64,000 nt of DNA. It comes from Fonticula alba ATCC 38817. Lineage: Eukaryota > Protista > Nucleariida. The translations under genes were made by a program, and so were the position numbers. The notes below the pieces were generated by a model. That model saw only the letters and a program-made list of their open reading frames with translations, was not told the DNA's origin and did no database searches. The stretch is from assembly GCA_000388065.2 (NCBI GenBank), contig KB932202.1; one strand, written 5' to 3'. Numbering within the stretch: position 1 is the first letter of the stretch; each line of letters begins with the position of its first letter. Shown here one piece after another: positions 1 to 11,774 of this stretch.

Positions 1-807
1 ACGCCAGGCTCGGCGAGAGTCACGTAGCCATCCTGGTCCAGGTTAATCTGACCACCGAGGAACTTGGTGTTCGGGTCGTGGCCGATGGCGTAGAAGAGGC
101 CGGCCACGTCCAGCTGGCGAACCTCGCCCTGGGTGTCGACCATGACGTGGGTCAACCGCTTGTCGTCACCATGGGCCGACACGGGCTTGGTGTTCCAGAC
201 AACCTCGACCTGTGGTCGCATGTGCAGGTGCATGGATGGCATGCACGGGCGGCGCATGTTCTCCGGGGGTCAGAGGCCCGAGGAAGGGAGGGCAGGGCGA
301 AAGGCCGCCAAAGGGGAGCAAGGCATCACACGCTCGAACGGAGCGCACCTTGGGATTGCGCAGAACGCGCTCCTGCATGACGGCCGATGCGCGCATCTTG
401 TCACGGCGAACCAGCATATACACCTTCTCCGCATACTTGGACAGGAAGTTGGCCTCCTCGCAGGCGGAGTCACCGCCGCCCACCACGGCCAGGACCTTCT
501 TGCGGAACATCGGCAGGGCGCCATCACAAACCGCGCACGCGGAGATGCCCTTCTGCCAGTACTCCTCCTCGCCGGGGAGGTTCATCCGCCGGGCCGTGGC
601 CCCGGTGGCGATGATCAGCGTGTCGGCCAGCAGAGCCGGCTCGGCGTCCGGGCCATCGGCCCCCTCGGTAAACAGGGCGAAGGGCCGCTTGCTCAGGTCC
701 ACGCGGCTGACAGTCTCACTGCCTTGCCGGCATTGGCCAATGCCAGGGGGGCAAGCACAAGCGAAGGGTGAGACACAAGAATGGAAAGGGCTCAGAGAAG
801 GGAGGTC

Positions 808-843
<36 letters not shown>

Positions 844-1296
844 AAATCGCACGTCACGATCTTGGTGCCGAAACGCTCGGACTGCTGGCGCATCATGTGC
901 ATCAGCTCAAAGCCATTGACCCCCTGGGGGAAGCCGGGGAAGTTCTCCACATCGGTGGTGGTGGTGAGCTGGCCGCCTGAACGTGGGCGAGTGGGTGAGT
1001 GAGCAGGGAGAGAGAGAGAGAGAGAGAGCAAGCGACAGGGCTCCAAGAGGTTAAAGAGGCATGACAGCGGGACAGACGGCAAGCCTGGCCACCAAATGCG
1101 TACCGGCCGAAACACCGCCCGCCATGAAGCCCTCGTACATGACCGGCTCCAGGTTGGCGCGCGCGGTGTAGATGGCCGCCGTATGGGCGCTGGGGCCACT
1201 GCCGATGATGGCCACCTTGGACGCCTGGGCAGAGTAGAAGGCCCGGCCAAGAGACGGGCGCACCGAGCGGCTGGCAATCGAAAGAGCAGAGAGCAT
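1..1296 (-). CDS. TRR1: Thioredoxin reductase, low-Mr (bacterial/fungal/plant) type, with probable mitochondrial presequence; 3' end outside window
   Basis: Exons 1296-1104, 976-853, 718-349 and 209-<1 join in frame across GT..AG introns. Motifs: [17 protein letters not shown] (FAD binding), [23 protein letters not shown], redox-active [20 protein letters not shown] (NADPH binding), [12 protein letters not shown]. The N-terminus [22 protein letters not shown] is Arg/Ser-rich with no acidic residues. Confidence 0.95.
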
Positions 1297-1341
1297 TGTG
1301 TTTGAGCAGATGCGTGAGGGGGGGGGGGGGGGCGGGGGGGA

Positions 1342-1447
1342 CGGAGGAAAGGGGGATTCCCCACGGCAGAGGAGGGGCTTCTCAGTGTGCCCCCTCTCAC
1401 CTGTGGCTCCCCCCGGGCGTTGCCCCGTCCCACACCCGGGTGTGCCT
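1342..1447. repeat. 106-bp direct repeat, copy 1 (copy 2 at 1674-1779)
   Basis: Identical by eye to 1674-1779; contains the 14-bp palindrome CACACCCGGGTGTG at 1431-1444. Confidence 0.9.
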
Positions 1448-1673
1448 GGGGGGGAACGGAGGGAAGAAAGAAAAGGGCGAGAGGTGCAGTCGGGATGGAC
1501 GGAGTGAGTGGTCATGCAAGTCGATGTGGGACGGTAGGCTGGGGCCTGAAATGGCCGGCGGACGATCTGGACATCATCTCCCTCCTTGGCGCGGGGGGAT
1601 CTCCCGGAAGGGAGGCCTCCGGATGCCGGACTAACGTAAGCCGCCCACGCCAACGTGAGGACCTGCCGGGGTC

Positions 1674-1779
1674 CGGAGGAAAGGGGGATTCCCCACGGCA
1701 GAGGAGGGGCTTCTCAGTGTGCCCCCTCTCACCTGTGGCTCCCCCCGGGCGTTGCCCCGTCCCACACCCGGGTGTGCCT
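1674..1779. repeat. 106-bp direct repeat, copy 2
   Basis: Identical by eye to 1342-1447; offset 332 bp. Confidence 0.9.
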
Positions 1780-3749
1780 CTCTCCCCCTGCGGGCGTGCG
1801 GCCGGCGGAGGACGGCCGTGCGCTGGCGTTCGAGCGATCGGGACTCTGGCCGTCAGATGACCGCACATTGGGCTGGTGATCCCCTGCGGGCCCGGCCCTC
1901 CGGCGGGGGAGACCTGGGAGCTGCCAGTGGATCTGGGTCACTGGGCCGGGACCTCCACCTTGTTCTGGATGTTTGTCGGGAGTGGCGCCGCCCTGTGTTT
2001 CCGTCACCCCGACGAAACCTGGGCCTCTCTACCCCGGTTCCCTGCACGTTGCTTGGTTGGCTGGGCCTCCATGGTCGGTCCCCCGGCCGGAGAGTGAGAG
2101 AGATGAAAAAAAAAAAAAAAAAAAAAGAAGGGTCAGAGCCAGGAAGATGGCCAGACCCCGGGGAGGAGCCTCTCGGTGGCGGAGAAGGAAGCCTTCACCC
2201 GAGGGAAAGAGTCAACCCTTGCGCAGGGGGGGAGGGCATGTAGGGTAGACGCCAGTGGGCATCGACGGATGGCGTTCGATTAACTCATCAGTTTAGGAAA
2301 GGGCGCGTGATGTGATCCATGGATGTTCTTGATCCGGCGATGTTGCCTTGCAGCGCCCCAGCCAGGCTGGGCTCGCCCCACCATGCGCATTCCCCGGGAG
2401 GGTTCCCCAGGTGTCCCTCAGCCTGGCCAGTGGGGCGCCCGCCCCAGTAACAGAAGGAGCGCAGTGCCAACTTCCTGTGCCCCGTCCTGGTCGGCTCGCA
2501 TCCTCAAGACTCCCGTGGTAAAAGCACCTGCTGGCAGGCCGGCCGGCCGGCCGGCCAGCGGCCCGCCTTCCTCCCTTCTCGCCGCCCCTGGCGAGGGCTC
2601 ATCCGGAGGTATGAACTGGAAGATGCCACAGGCTGCTACCCCGGCCGTGGGGGGGATTCTTTTTCGCCCCCCCCCCCTGGACCGGCGTGTCTTGCCCCGC
2701 CCGAGGAGACCCCTTCCCGTGTGCGTGAAGAGCCAGTTCCATTCCGGCGAGACTCCTCCGGCACCTTGCAAGGGCAAGCAGCACCCTTCGGGGGGGATTG
2801 GCCGAGGGGATTCTTCCACTTCCCGCCCAAGTCGCCGGCCAGCCCCCGTGGGCACAGCCCGGCTGCGGAGCGGCCACTTCAGAGGGAGGCGGATTCTTCT
2901 CACGCATAAGCCTCTCCTCCTCGCCCCTGAACTGTCCCCCGCCCCCCGCCTCCCCCCCTCCGGCACGCGGACAGAGAGACGCCCAGTCAACTGGCATGTG
3001 CGCCGTGAGATGCGACACCGCGATCCGCAGACGCGTCCGGCATTTTGACTTCGGGGGCCGGCGGAATTCGGGCCTCCCGGCTGGTCAACATCTGCGTGCA
3101 TTCCCGTGCCCCATCCAGAGTGGTATGAGGGGGCGTGGAAGGCCCAAGATTAAGGAGCAGCGAGCGGAGGGCAGGGGAGAAACCCATGAGAGGGGCTTTC
3201 GGCCCTGCTGGATTTCCCCATCGTATTTCCCCTGATCCCCGCGTCTCCCCGTGTTGCCCTTGCCCACCCCCCCGGGGTGCAGCGGAATGCGCCCAGCGTG
3301 GTGATCCGGGCGCGCGGCGCCAGCCGAAGATCTCCCACTTGCAAGAGATTGACATGCGTGAGAGTGCAAGGGGCCTGTTCGTCCGGGAGGGTGGGCCATC
3401 CATCACTGTTGCGCACCCTAGCGCAGGGGGGCTTGTGTGCGTGTGTGTGTGTGTCTCTCTCTCTCTCTCTCTCTCTCTGCCTATGCTGGCGCCGGTGCCA
3501 GTGCGTCCATCTCGACATTGATGCAAGTCCCAGACCTGCGAGGGTGGTCCGCAAGACGTGTCGCACGCGACCTTCCAGCGGCTCCCTCGACGCAGCCCCT
3601 CAAAGGGGACCCCGCCGCCCACAGCCACCGCAGTGTCCTGGACACCCTTTCATTCACCAGCGCGCCAGTGCTCCGTCCCTCGTTTTCCGCCCTGCTCGCT
3701 TGCCCCTGCCGCCGCACATAGCGCTGCCCGATACACACCCTTTGCCACC

Positions 3750-4589
3750 ATGGCCAGCCCGCTCTTCGCCTCCTCCAGGATGACCATCCTCCTCTTGTCG
3801 GTCCTGGAGATCGTGCGTCCTCCCTGCTTGTCTGCCCCTGTCTCCCGGTGAGCGGCTCCTTGCTAACTGCCTCTGGCCCCTTGTGATCGTCTCTCCGCCC
3901 CTTTTGCTCTTCTCCTTCCCCCCCCCTCCCCAGATCTATCTCATCATGATCGCCGTCGCTGCCGGTATGGAGAAGCTCAACACCCTGACTGCTCTTGCCA
4001 GTGTGTTCGCCGCTCTTGTCATCATCATCTTCATCTTCGTGACGCGCCTCAATCTCAAGCTCATTGTGGTGGTGCGCTTCCCTTCTCCCTCCTGCTCCCC
4101 TTGCAATCTGCCCTCTGCCCCCGGCCGGGCCTGACATCCCCCCCCCCCCCACCCACACACCCTCCTTCCCTGCTGCCCCCTCAGCACCTCCTGATGAATA
4201 CCGGTCTCTTCATCCTCTCGCTCCTGCTTATCCTCGAGTCCCTTGGTCATATTGAGCTGAGCATTGCCGAGGAAACCTACTACCACATCCCGCTGATGCT
4301 GATGTTTGATCTGACCGATGACGAGGTCTGCATCAAGGCCATGTATTCGACCGCCTGTGTCCTGACCGTGCGTCATTCCTTGCCTCTCACCCTCACGCGT
4401 AATTCCGGGCACATCCCTTCCCCCCCTCCTGCACGCCACCTGCCCCTCATGGCATTGTCCCTGACACTTACCATGCCTCCTCAACTCCCCCCTCCCCCCC
4501 CCCCCCGCTCCCACCATATGCAGGGCCTTCTCGCCCTCTCTGTCGGTGTCTACATGGCTACCTGGCGCAAGGGCCGCCGGAACTTCTGA
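3750..4589 (+). CDS. Hypothetical 149-aa protein with about four hydrophobic segments
   Basis: GCCACCATG start. Exons 3750-3812, 3934-4071, 4185-4367 and 4524-4589 join in frame with GTGCGY..CAG phase-0 introns. Hydrophobic stretches: TILLLSVLEIIYLIMIAVAAG, LTALASVFAALVIIIFIFVT, LLMNTGLFILSLLLIL, ACVLTGLLALSVGVYMA. Basic tail WRKGRRNF. Family not recognised. Confidence 0.7.
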
Positions 4590-6138
4590 GCAGCCTGCAT
4601 CCATGCTTCAAATTGTCCATCCCACACACATCCAACTTCACATGTCCGCGCAGCGTCGCCCAGTTCCCGATGCGCGCTTCTCCTCGCCTTCCAGCGGGGG
4701 GCTTTCCGGGCTGTTAATCTTCGCTTTAACACGCACAGAAAAAGAAATACACAACCTTGTTCTTTGTTTGGATCTCCGTGCTTGGCAAAGATTTAGTCTG
4801 TGTGTGTGTGTGTGCCCTGGAGAATATATCCGCGGGCGCCGTGTGCCGGATTGGACGACGCGAGCGTTCAAGGGTGTGTGTGTGTGTGTGTGCGCGTGTG
4901 TGCATGTGTGTACGTGTGTGTGCGTGTGTGTGCGCTGGAAATTGCTTGGTCAGAGGAGAGGGAAGTGTACTCAGAGCACTGGCCATCAGATCTCCGAATA
5001 TGCTGGTATATCAGAATATCGCCACGAGGTCACGCCCGATGACCATATGATTCTCCTTCACTCAGTCTGTCATGCCTCGTTGTTCCCTCCCCGACTGGGA
5101 GACATAACCCATCAGTTCTCTCTTTCTCTCTCTCGGGACAGGCTGCTTTTTCGGAGAGCTGTGCTGGGGGCTAGGCAGTGCGGGACGGGATTTTTCTACT
5201 TTTTGGGCATGCCCCCCCCCCNNNNNNNNNNNNNNNNNNNNNNNNNNNNNNNNNNNNNNNNNNNNNNNNNNNNNNNNNNNNNNNNNNNNNNNNNNNNNNN
5301 NNNNNNNNNNNNNNNNNNNNNNNNNNNNNNNNNNNNNNNNNNNNNNNNNNNNNNNNNNNNNNNNNNNNNNNNNNNNNNNNNNNNNNNNNNNNNNNNNNNN
5401 NNNNNNNNNNNNNNNNNNNNNNNNNNNNNNNNNNNNNNNNNNNNNNNNNNNNNNNNNNNNNNNNNNNNNNNNNNNNNNNNNNNNNNNNNNNNNNNNNNNN
5501 NNNNNNNNNNNNNNNNNNNNNNNNNNNNNNNNNNNNNNNNNNNNNNNNNNNNNNNNNNNNNNNNNNNNNNNNNNNNNNNNNNNNNNNNNNNNNNNNNNNN
5601 NNNNNNNNNNNNNNNNNNNNNNNNNNNNNNNNNNNNNNNNNNNNNNNNNNNNNNNNNNNNNNNNNNNNNNNNNNNNNNNNNNNNNNGGGGGGGGGGGGCG
5701 GCTTCAGCACAGTATCATCTCCCTCGCCGTGGCGCGGGTCGGCTCTCTGACAACCGAACGGGCCCTGTGCGTGTGTGTGGAGGTTCTCGCGAACATAAAT
5801 TCGACCAGCGGCCCGGCGAGGCGAGGGACACCGCAGGGGACCGGGGGCGAGGGCCGTGGGGTTGCTCGCCAGGAGGCGGCAGCCGGAGGGCACGCCAGCA
5901 GGAAGGGGGACACGTTTGACCCGGCCTGTTTTTGTTGCCGTCAGACCGGCCGGAGGAAGGGCGGGGGGAGCCCAGCTCTGTCGGTGTCGACCGGTCTTGG
6001 GCGTCTCTTTTCGGCGCCCCACCTCAAAATCCCCGCCCTCTCGAAGGCCAGTCTAGCATCTACCGGTGACCATCCCCCTCCCCCTCCCCACCGATTTTCT
6101 TGCCCCCTCCCCTCCCCCCCCCCTTCCATCCTTTTACA

Positions 6139-7588
6139 ATGAGCCTGCGTGTCCTTGTTGGCTGCAAGCGCGTCGTCGACCATGCCGTCCGCATTCGCGT
6201 TCGCCCGGACTTCTCTGCGGTCGAGACCCGTGACGTCAAGCACTCGCTGAACCCCTTCGACGAGATTGGTGTCGAGGAGGCTGTCCGCCTCAAGGAGAAG
6301 AACCTCGCCGGCGAGGTAGGCACCCTCTCTTCTTCTTTGTCCCCTCCCCCCCTCCGGCACGCGGACAGAGAGACGCCCNNNNNNNNNNNNNNNNNNNNNN
6401 NNNNNNNNNNNNNNNNNNNNNNNNNNNNNNNNNNNNNNNNNNNNNNNNNNNNNNNNNNNNNNNNNNNNNNNNNNNNNNNNNNNNNNNNNNNNNNNNNNNN
6501 NNNNNNNNNNNNNNNNNNNNNNNNNNNNNNNNNNNNNNNNNNNNNNNNNNNNNNNNNNNNNNNNNNNNNNNNNNNNNNNNNNNNNNNNNNNNNNNNNNNN
6601 NNNNNNNNNNNNNNNNNNNNNNNNNNNNNNNNNNNNNNNNNNNNNNNNNNNNNNNNNNNNNNNNNNNNNNNNNNNNNNNNNNNNNNNNNNNNNNNNNNNN
6701 NNNNNNNNNNNNNNNNNNNNNNNNNNNNNNNNNNNNNNNNNNNNNNNNNNNNNNNNNNNNNNNNNNNNNNNNNNNNNNNNNNNNNNNNNNNNNNNNNNNN
6801 NNNNNNNNNNNNNNNNNNNNNNNNNNNNNNNNNNNNNNNNNNNNNNNNNNNNNNNNNNNNNNNNNNNNNNNNNNNNNNNNNNNNNNNNNNNNNNNNNNNN
6901 NNNNNNNNNNNNNNNNNNNNNNNNNNNNNNNNNNNNNNNNNNNNNNNNNNNNNNNNNNNNNNNNNNNNNNNNNNNNNNNNNNNNNNNNNNNNNNNNNNNN
7001 NNNNNNNNNNNNNNNNNNNNNNNNNNNNNNNNNNNNNNNNNNNNNNNNNNNNNNNNNNNNNNNNNNNNNNNNNNNNNNNNNNNNNNNNNNNNNNNNNNNN
7101 NNNNNNNNNNNNNNNNNNNNNNNNNNNNNNNNNNNNNNNNNNNNNNNNNNNNNNNNNNNNNNNNNNNNNNNNNNNNNNNNNNNNNNNNNNNNNNNNNNNN
7201 NNNNNNNNNNNNNNNNNNNNNNNNNNNNNNNNNNNNNNNNNNNCCTCCCCTCCCACTCCTCTCTCCACCTCCACAGCAAGCCAAGAAGAAGAAGGTCGAG
7301 ACCCTGACTCCGGCCGAGCTTGACGTCGATGTCGCCCCCCGCCTGGAGACCACCCGCGTACGTCCTGCTCTCTCTCCCGTCACACATGTTGGTGGATCTT
7401 GTGTCCCTCCTCCCCACTGAGCCTGACCTCCTTTCTCTCTCCTCCTCCTCCTCCTCCTTCCCCCCGGCCGCCCCCCTGTCTGAAATGCAATTTCCCAGGT
7501 CGAGGAGCCCGCTCCCCGCCAGGGCGGCGGCCGCGTCGCCGATGTCGCCGAGCTTATTTCCAAGCTCCGTGGTGCCGGTGCCCTCTAA
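6139..7588 (+). CDS. ETFB: Electron transfer flavoprotein beta subunit (middle lost in gap 6379-7243)
   Basis: Exon 6139-6315 [39 protein letters not shown]; exon 7277-7357 [27 protein letters not shown]; exon 7499-7588 [29 protein letters not shown]. These match the ETF-beta N- and C-termini. Confidence 0.95.
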
Positions 7589-8089
7589 GGAGTATGGGTA
7601 CTTCCCCTTCCATTTCTCCCCCCTTCTGCTTCCCCTCCCCCCTCCCCTGTGGTATTTGCATCTCAGGGAAGGAAGGGAAGCAATCCTCCCGCCCCCCCCT
7701 CCTGCATACGCCCCTTTTTTCAAATACACACCATTAAACAGGCAGCCTGCATGCATCATGTAGCTAGGAGGGGAAGGACACAGGGAAAGGCAAAGACTTC
7801 AGAAGGCACCCCACCACCACCAGGGTCACAGGCCGCCAGGGGGGAGGGGCGGGGGAAGTCAAATCAAGCGCGCGCGTGCGTTGGTGCGTCTAGTGGTCTT
7901 TATTTTAATGTGTGTCTGTGTCGCGCGACGCACATGGCCAAACGGAACAGTGGGGTGCGCAGGGGGGGAAAGAAAGGTACAGTCGTGTGTGTGTGTGTGC
8001 GCGCGTGTGTATGTGTGTGGCCCGCGTCCCCGCCGCGCTGGGAGGGGCGCGCGCGCGCGCGACAAGAAAGACCCTCACACACACGTCAA

Positions 8090-9695
8090 TTAGGCCTGCT
8101 CAAGCTTGGCGCAAATGGCATTGGTGAACTCCGAGCACTTGGCCTTGCCGCCCAGGTCACCGGTGATGACCTGCCCCTCGGCGATGGTGGACAGGATGGC
8201 GTTCTCCACGCGGTTGGCATAATCCTCGAGCTTCATGTGACGGAGCATCATCACCGAGGACAGGAGCAGGGCAGTCGGGTTGGCCAGATCCTTGCCGGCA
8301 ATATCCGGGGCAGTGCCATGGACCTGTGCCAATTTCAGAGCGATTGTGCACGGGGAGAGGGGGAACACAGGAAGACAGAGAGGGACGGTGTTAGCCATGG
8401 AGGAGAGAGTAGGGGAGGAAGCAGGGGGCGGGCATGAGCATGCGCGGACACAGCCCCACGGCCTCACAGCCACACAATCTACGCATGTGCAGCATGCACA
8501 TATGAGCATGTACATGGAGGTGCAAAGGGAAGAGGGGGCGGCACGTACAGCCTCGAAGATGGCGCCGTCCTTGCCCTGGTTGCCAGAGGGAGTGAGACCG
8601 AGGCCACCGATCAGACCGGCGCACATGTCGGACATGATATCACCATAGAGGTTGGGCATGACCAGGACATCGAACTGCGAGGGGTCCTGAATGACATTCA
8701 GGCAGGCGCGATCCAGCAGGCACTCGCGGAACTCGATGTGCGGCCAGTTCTTGGCAACCTCACGGGCCTGCTCCAGGAACAGACCATCGGACATCTTCAT
8801 GATGTTGGCCTTGTGGACCACGGTCACAGACTTGCGGTTGTTGTCGTGGGCATACTGGAAGGCGTACTCGCAAACGCGGCGCGAGGCATCCCGAGTGATG
8901 AGCTTGATGGACTGCACCACACCGCGGGTCACCTCGTGCTCGATGCCGGAGTACTCACCCTCGGTATTCTCACGGATGATGACAATGTCGACGCCATCAT
9001 AGAGGGTCTTGTAGCCGTCGACGGAGCGGCAGGGGCGCACGTTGGCGTAGAGGTTGAAGGCGCTTTGGGGGAGAGGGGGAGAGTCAACATCAGGGCCATG
9101 GCGGCGGCCAGCGAGGGGGGGGGGGAAGGGGGAGAGAGAGAGAGAGAGAGAGCAGGCGGGCAGGCGGGCAGGCAGACAGTGCGTACCGACGGAGGGTGAG
9201 GTTCAGAGAAATGTGGCCCTTGCCGATGGGGGTAGCCAGAGGACCCTTAAGCCCGATGCCGGACTCACGCATGGACTCGAACAGGCGCTCGGGGAGCTTG
9301 TTCTTGCCGGTAACCGGGTCGCGGACGGGGGTCACATCGATGGTGTCCCAGCGAATGGGGACCTTGGCCGCGGCGAAAATGCGCTTGACGGAGTCGGCAA
9401 TCTCGGGGCCGATACCGTCACCGGGGATCAGGGTAACGGGGCGGAGCTGAATGGGGGCGTCAGAGCGGGATGCGGGGGAGAGAGAGAGAGAGAGAGGCAG
9501 AGGGGGGGAGAAAGGAGGGGAGAACGGGCACGAAGCCAACAAGTCGACGAGAGAGAGAGAGAGAGCGAGGGAAGGAGGACGCACCGAGTCGTCGGAAACG
9601 GCAGTGCTGAAAGCAGCAGCCAGGGGGCGAGCCGGCTGGGCCGCCTGGAAGCGAGCCACAGAACGAGCAGCAAGGCCAGCAGAGCGAGACAGCAT
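8090..9695 (-). CDS. IDH3A: Mitochondrial NAD-dependent isocitrate dehydrogenase, catalytic (IDH3A/Idh2-type) subunit
   Basis: Exons 9695-9585, 9446-9187, 9062-8549 and 8323-8090. Motifs: [83 protein letters not shown]. The N-terminus is presequence-like. Confidence 0.95.
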
Positions 9696-11545
9696 GGTGG
9701 AGGAAGAGGGGAGGGGAGAGAAGGGGAGCGACGACGAAAGCGGGGGGGGGCAGTCGGCGATCGTAGTGGGGTGGGAGTGGCGTGGTCTAGCTGGGCCAGG
9801 ATGAGCCGGACTGGAATGCGGCGTCTGAAAAGAAAAAAAAAGGCGCCAGCCGGCGCGCCGGGGGGACCGGGAGCGGGCGACGCGGGGGCTGTCCACACTT
9901 CGGGCAAACGGCGCACACCCGGCTCGCAGCAGGGGGAGCGTCGTCTCCACCCTCCCCCCTCCAGGGGGCTTGCTGGTCCGCGGGTGCGCGGGCTCACGTA
10001 TATACCCCGCCGGGAGCACGCGCGCCCGCACTCCCGCCGACCGTAGCCTTGTCCTCCAGGCCCTCCCCGACACATGAACGGAGAGGGGGCTCTCCCAAAG
10101 ACGGAAGCATCTCCGCGCTCCCCCGGCCCTCCGTACGCAGCAAATGGACTCGCCCAGGACAGTTGGAAACTTTTCTGCCCCCGGTGTTTGGGAGACGTGC
10201 CATCAATGCCCCCCCCCCCTCGGTGGAGGGGCGGCAGCGGCGCAGGGCCGGCCTTTCACGAGGCGGGCCCGGGGCATAATCTAGCCTTCCGAGCACCGCA
10301 TCGGGCTCTAGCGTCTTGATCGGGCGCTCTCACACGACTGACATGCATGTGCCCACCAATTCCTTGCCCCCGCGGCCCCCACGATCGCCAGCACGCCCCA
10401 CGTTGTCCCCGGCCTGGCCCCTCCAAAGCTCATCTGCGTCTGGCTGCTCGGGTGTGTGCGCGCCAACCCGGCGCGAGCCCCCCGCCCCACCCCCCCCCCC
10501 CGCCCCGCCCCGCCCTGCCCTGCCCCCCGAGAGCGCCTCCTTCCAGCCTGGGACCAACAGCTGGTCGGCAGCCACATTTCGAGAGGGCCTTGCCCAGGTC
10601 CAAGGTCAATGCCAACGAACGGCACCAGAGCGAGCCCGAGGGAGGCCTCCCTCGGACTGCGGTGCACCCGGCAGCCCGCCACGTACCCACTGATAGTGTC
10701 CTCGTTGCCCCCCCGCCCCCCCCCCCCCCCCCCCTCCCCCCCCCCCCCCCCCCCAGGCAGTCGCCGGGATTCGACCCGCTCCCCACGCCTCGCCCAGAAA
10801 AGCCGAGGGTCTGCCGGTCTGTGTGGCCGTGTCCAGCTGGCAGGCGAGGGGCTTCCGGCCAGCCCACCGAACCCTCAAAAGCAGCTGGGACCAGGATGTG
10901 CCGTTCGTGGCACCTGCGAGTGTCTGTCTGCATCAGGCACCGGGGGGGGTGGAGGGGCGGGAACGGGGGCAGGCGCGCCGTCTTTTCAGGTTCCTCCGGC
11001 TAGGGTTGGACCGCGCGCCTCGCTGATCCCGGGCACCTGCCCCTCCCGCGAGGGTAGGTGTTTCCGCAAACATCCCCAAAATCTGCGGCTCGTGATCACA
11101 TCACGCGCCACATAGCGCAATACACATCCGATAGACCGCCCTCTCGGCCTGGCCACCGATGCAATCCGTCAGATCTGTGCCGCGGCTTGCGGGCAGATTC
11201 CCCCGGGTCTCCCGCCTCTCGGCTCGGCCCGGCCCGGGCCGGCCCGGCCCGGCCGCCCCTGTCTCCTCTCACTCGCGGATATGCTTGTCCACAGTGGCCA
11301 GCGATCGACTTGTAGACGGGTTTCCAGGCTCCGGAGGCTGGCTCGAGTGGGTCTCGGCCTCTGTTGCTGCTGGTTGTTGTTTTTTTTATCTCGCACCACC
11401 GCCCCGTCCCCCTGCACTCACGGTCAGGCATGCCTATCGTCGGTCTTGCCCCTCCCCCTCCCCCTCCCCTCCCTACTGCCCCTTTCGCTCGGTCTCCTTC
11501 CTCCCATAGATTGCAAGAAGAAAAGAAAGAGAAAAAGTAAGAGAA

Positions 11546-11734
11546 ATGAAGTCGCGCTTCTCTTCGCTCGATATCCGGATTCTCGTGAATGAGCTGCGAT
11601 CCAAGTGCGTTGCGCTTTGCTCTTCCGAAAACCGCTGCCATGCCCATGGGTATAGTCATCCCTTGGCTTAGGGTCTTACGCCTCTCACCGTTGGTGCCCA
11701 CTCCCCCGCGCTCCACAACCACCACCACCACCAC

Positions 11735-11774
<40 letters not shown>

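Noticed and set aside
1352-1362. GGGGATTCCCC kappaB-like site in the direct repeat
   Set aside because: No evidence for a Rel/NF-kB factor; plausible by chance in GC-rich DNA.
1448-3700. Many overlapping 100-240 aa Arg/Pro/Gly-rich ORFs here and in 9700-11500, 34850-37400, 39820-42490 and 46630-50900
   Set aside because: Expected in high-GC DNA; no consistent codon bias, splice pattern or motifs. A small gene or ncRNA cannot be excluded without RNA-seq or Infernal.
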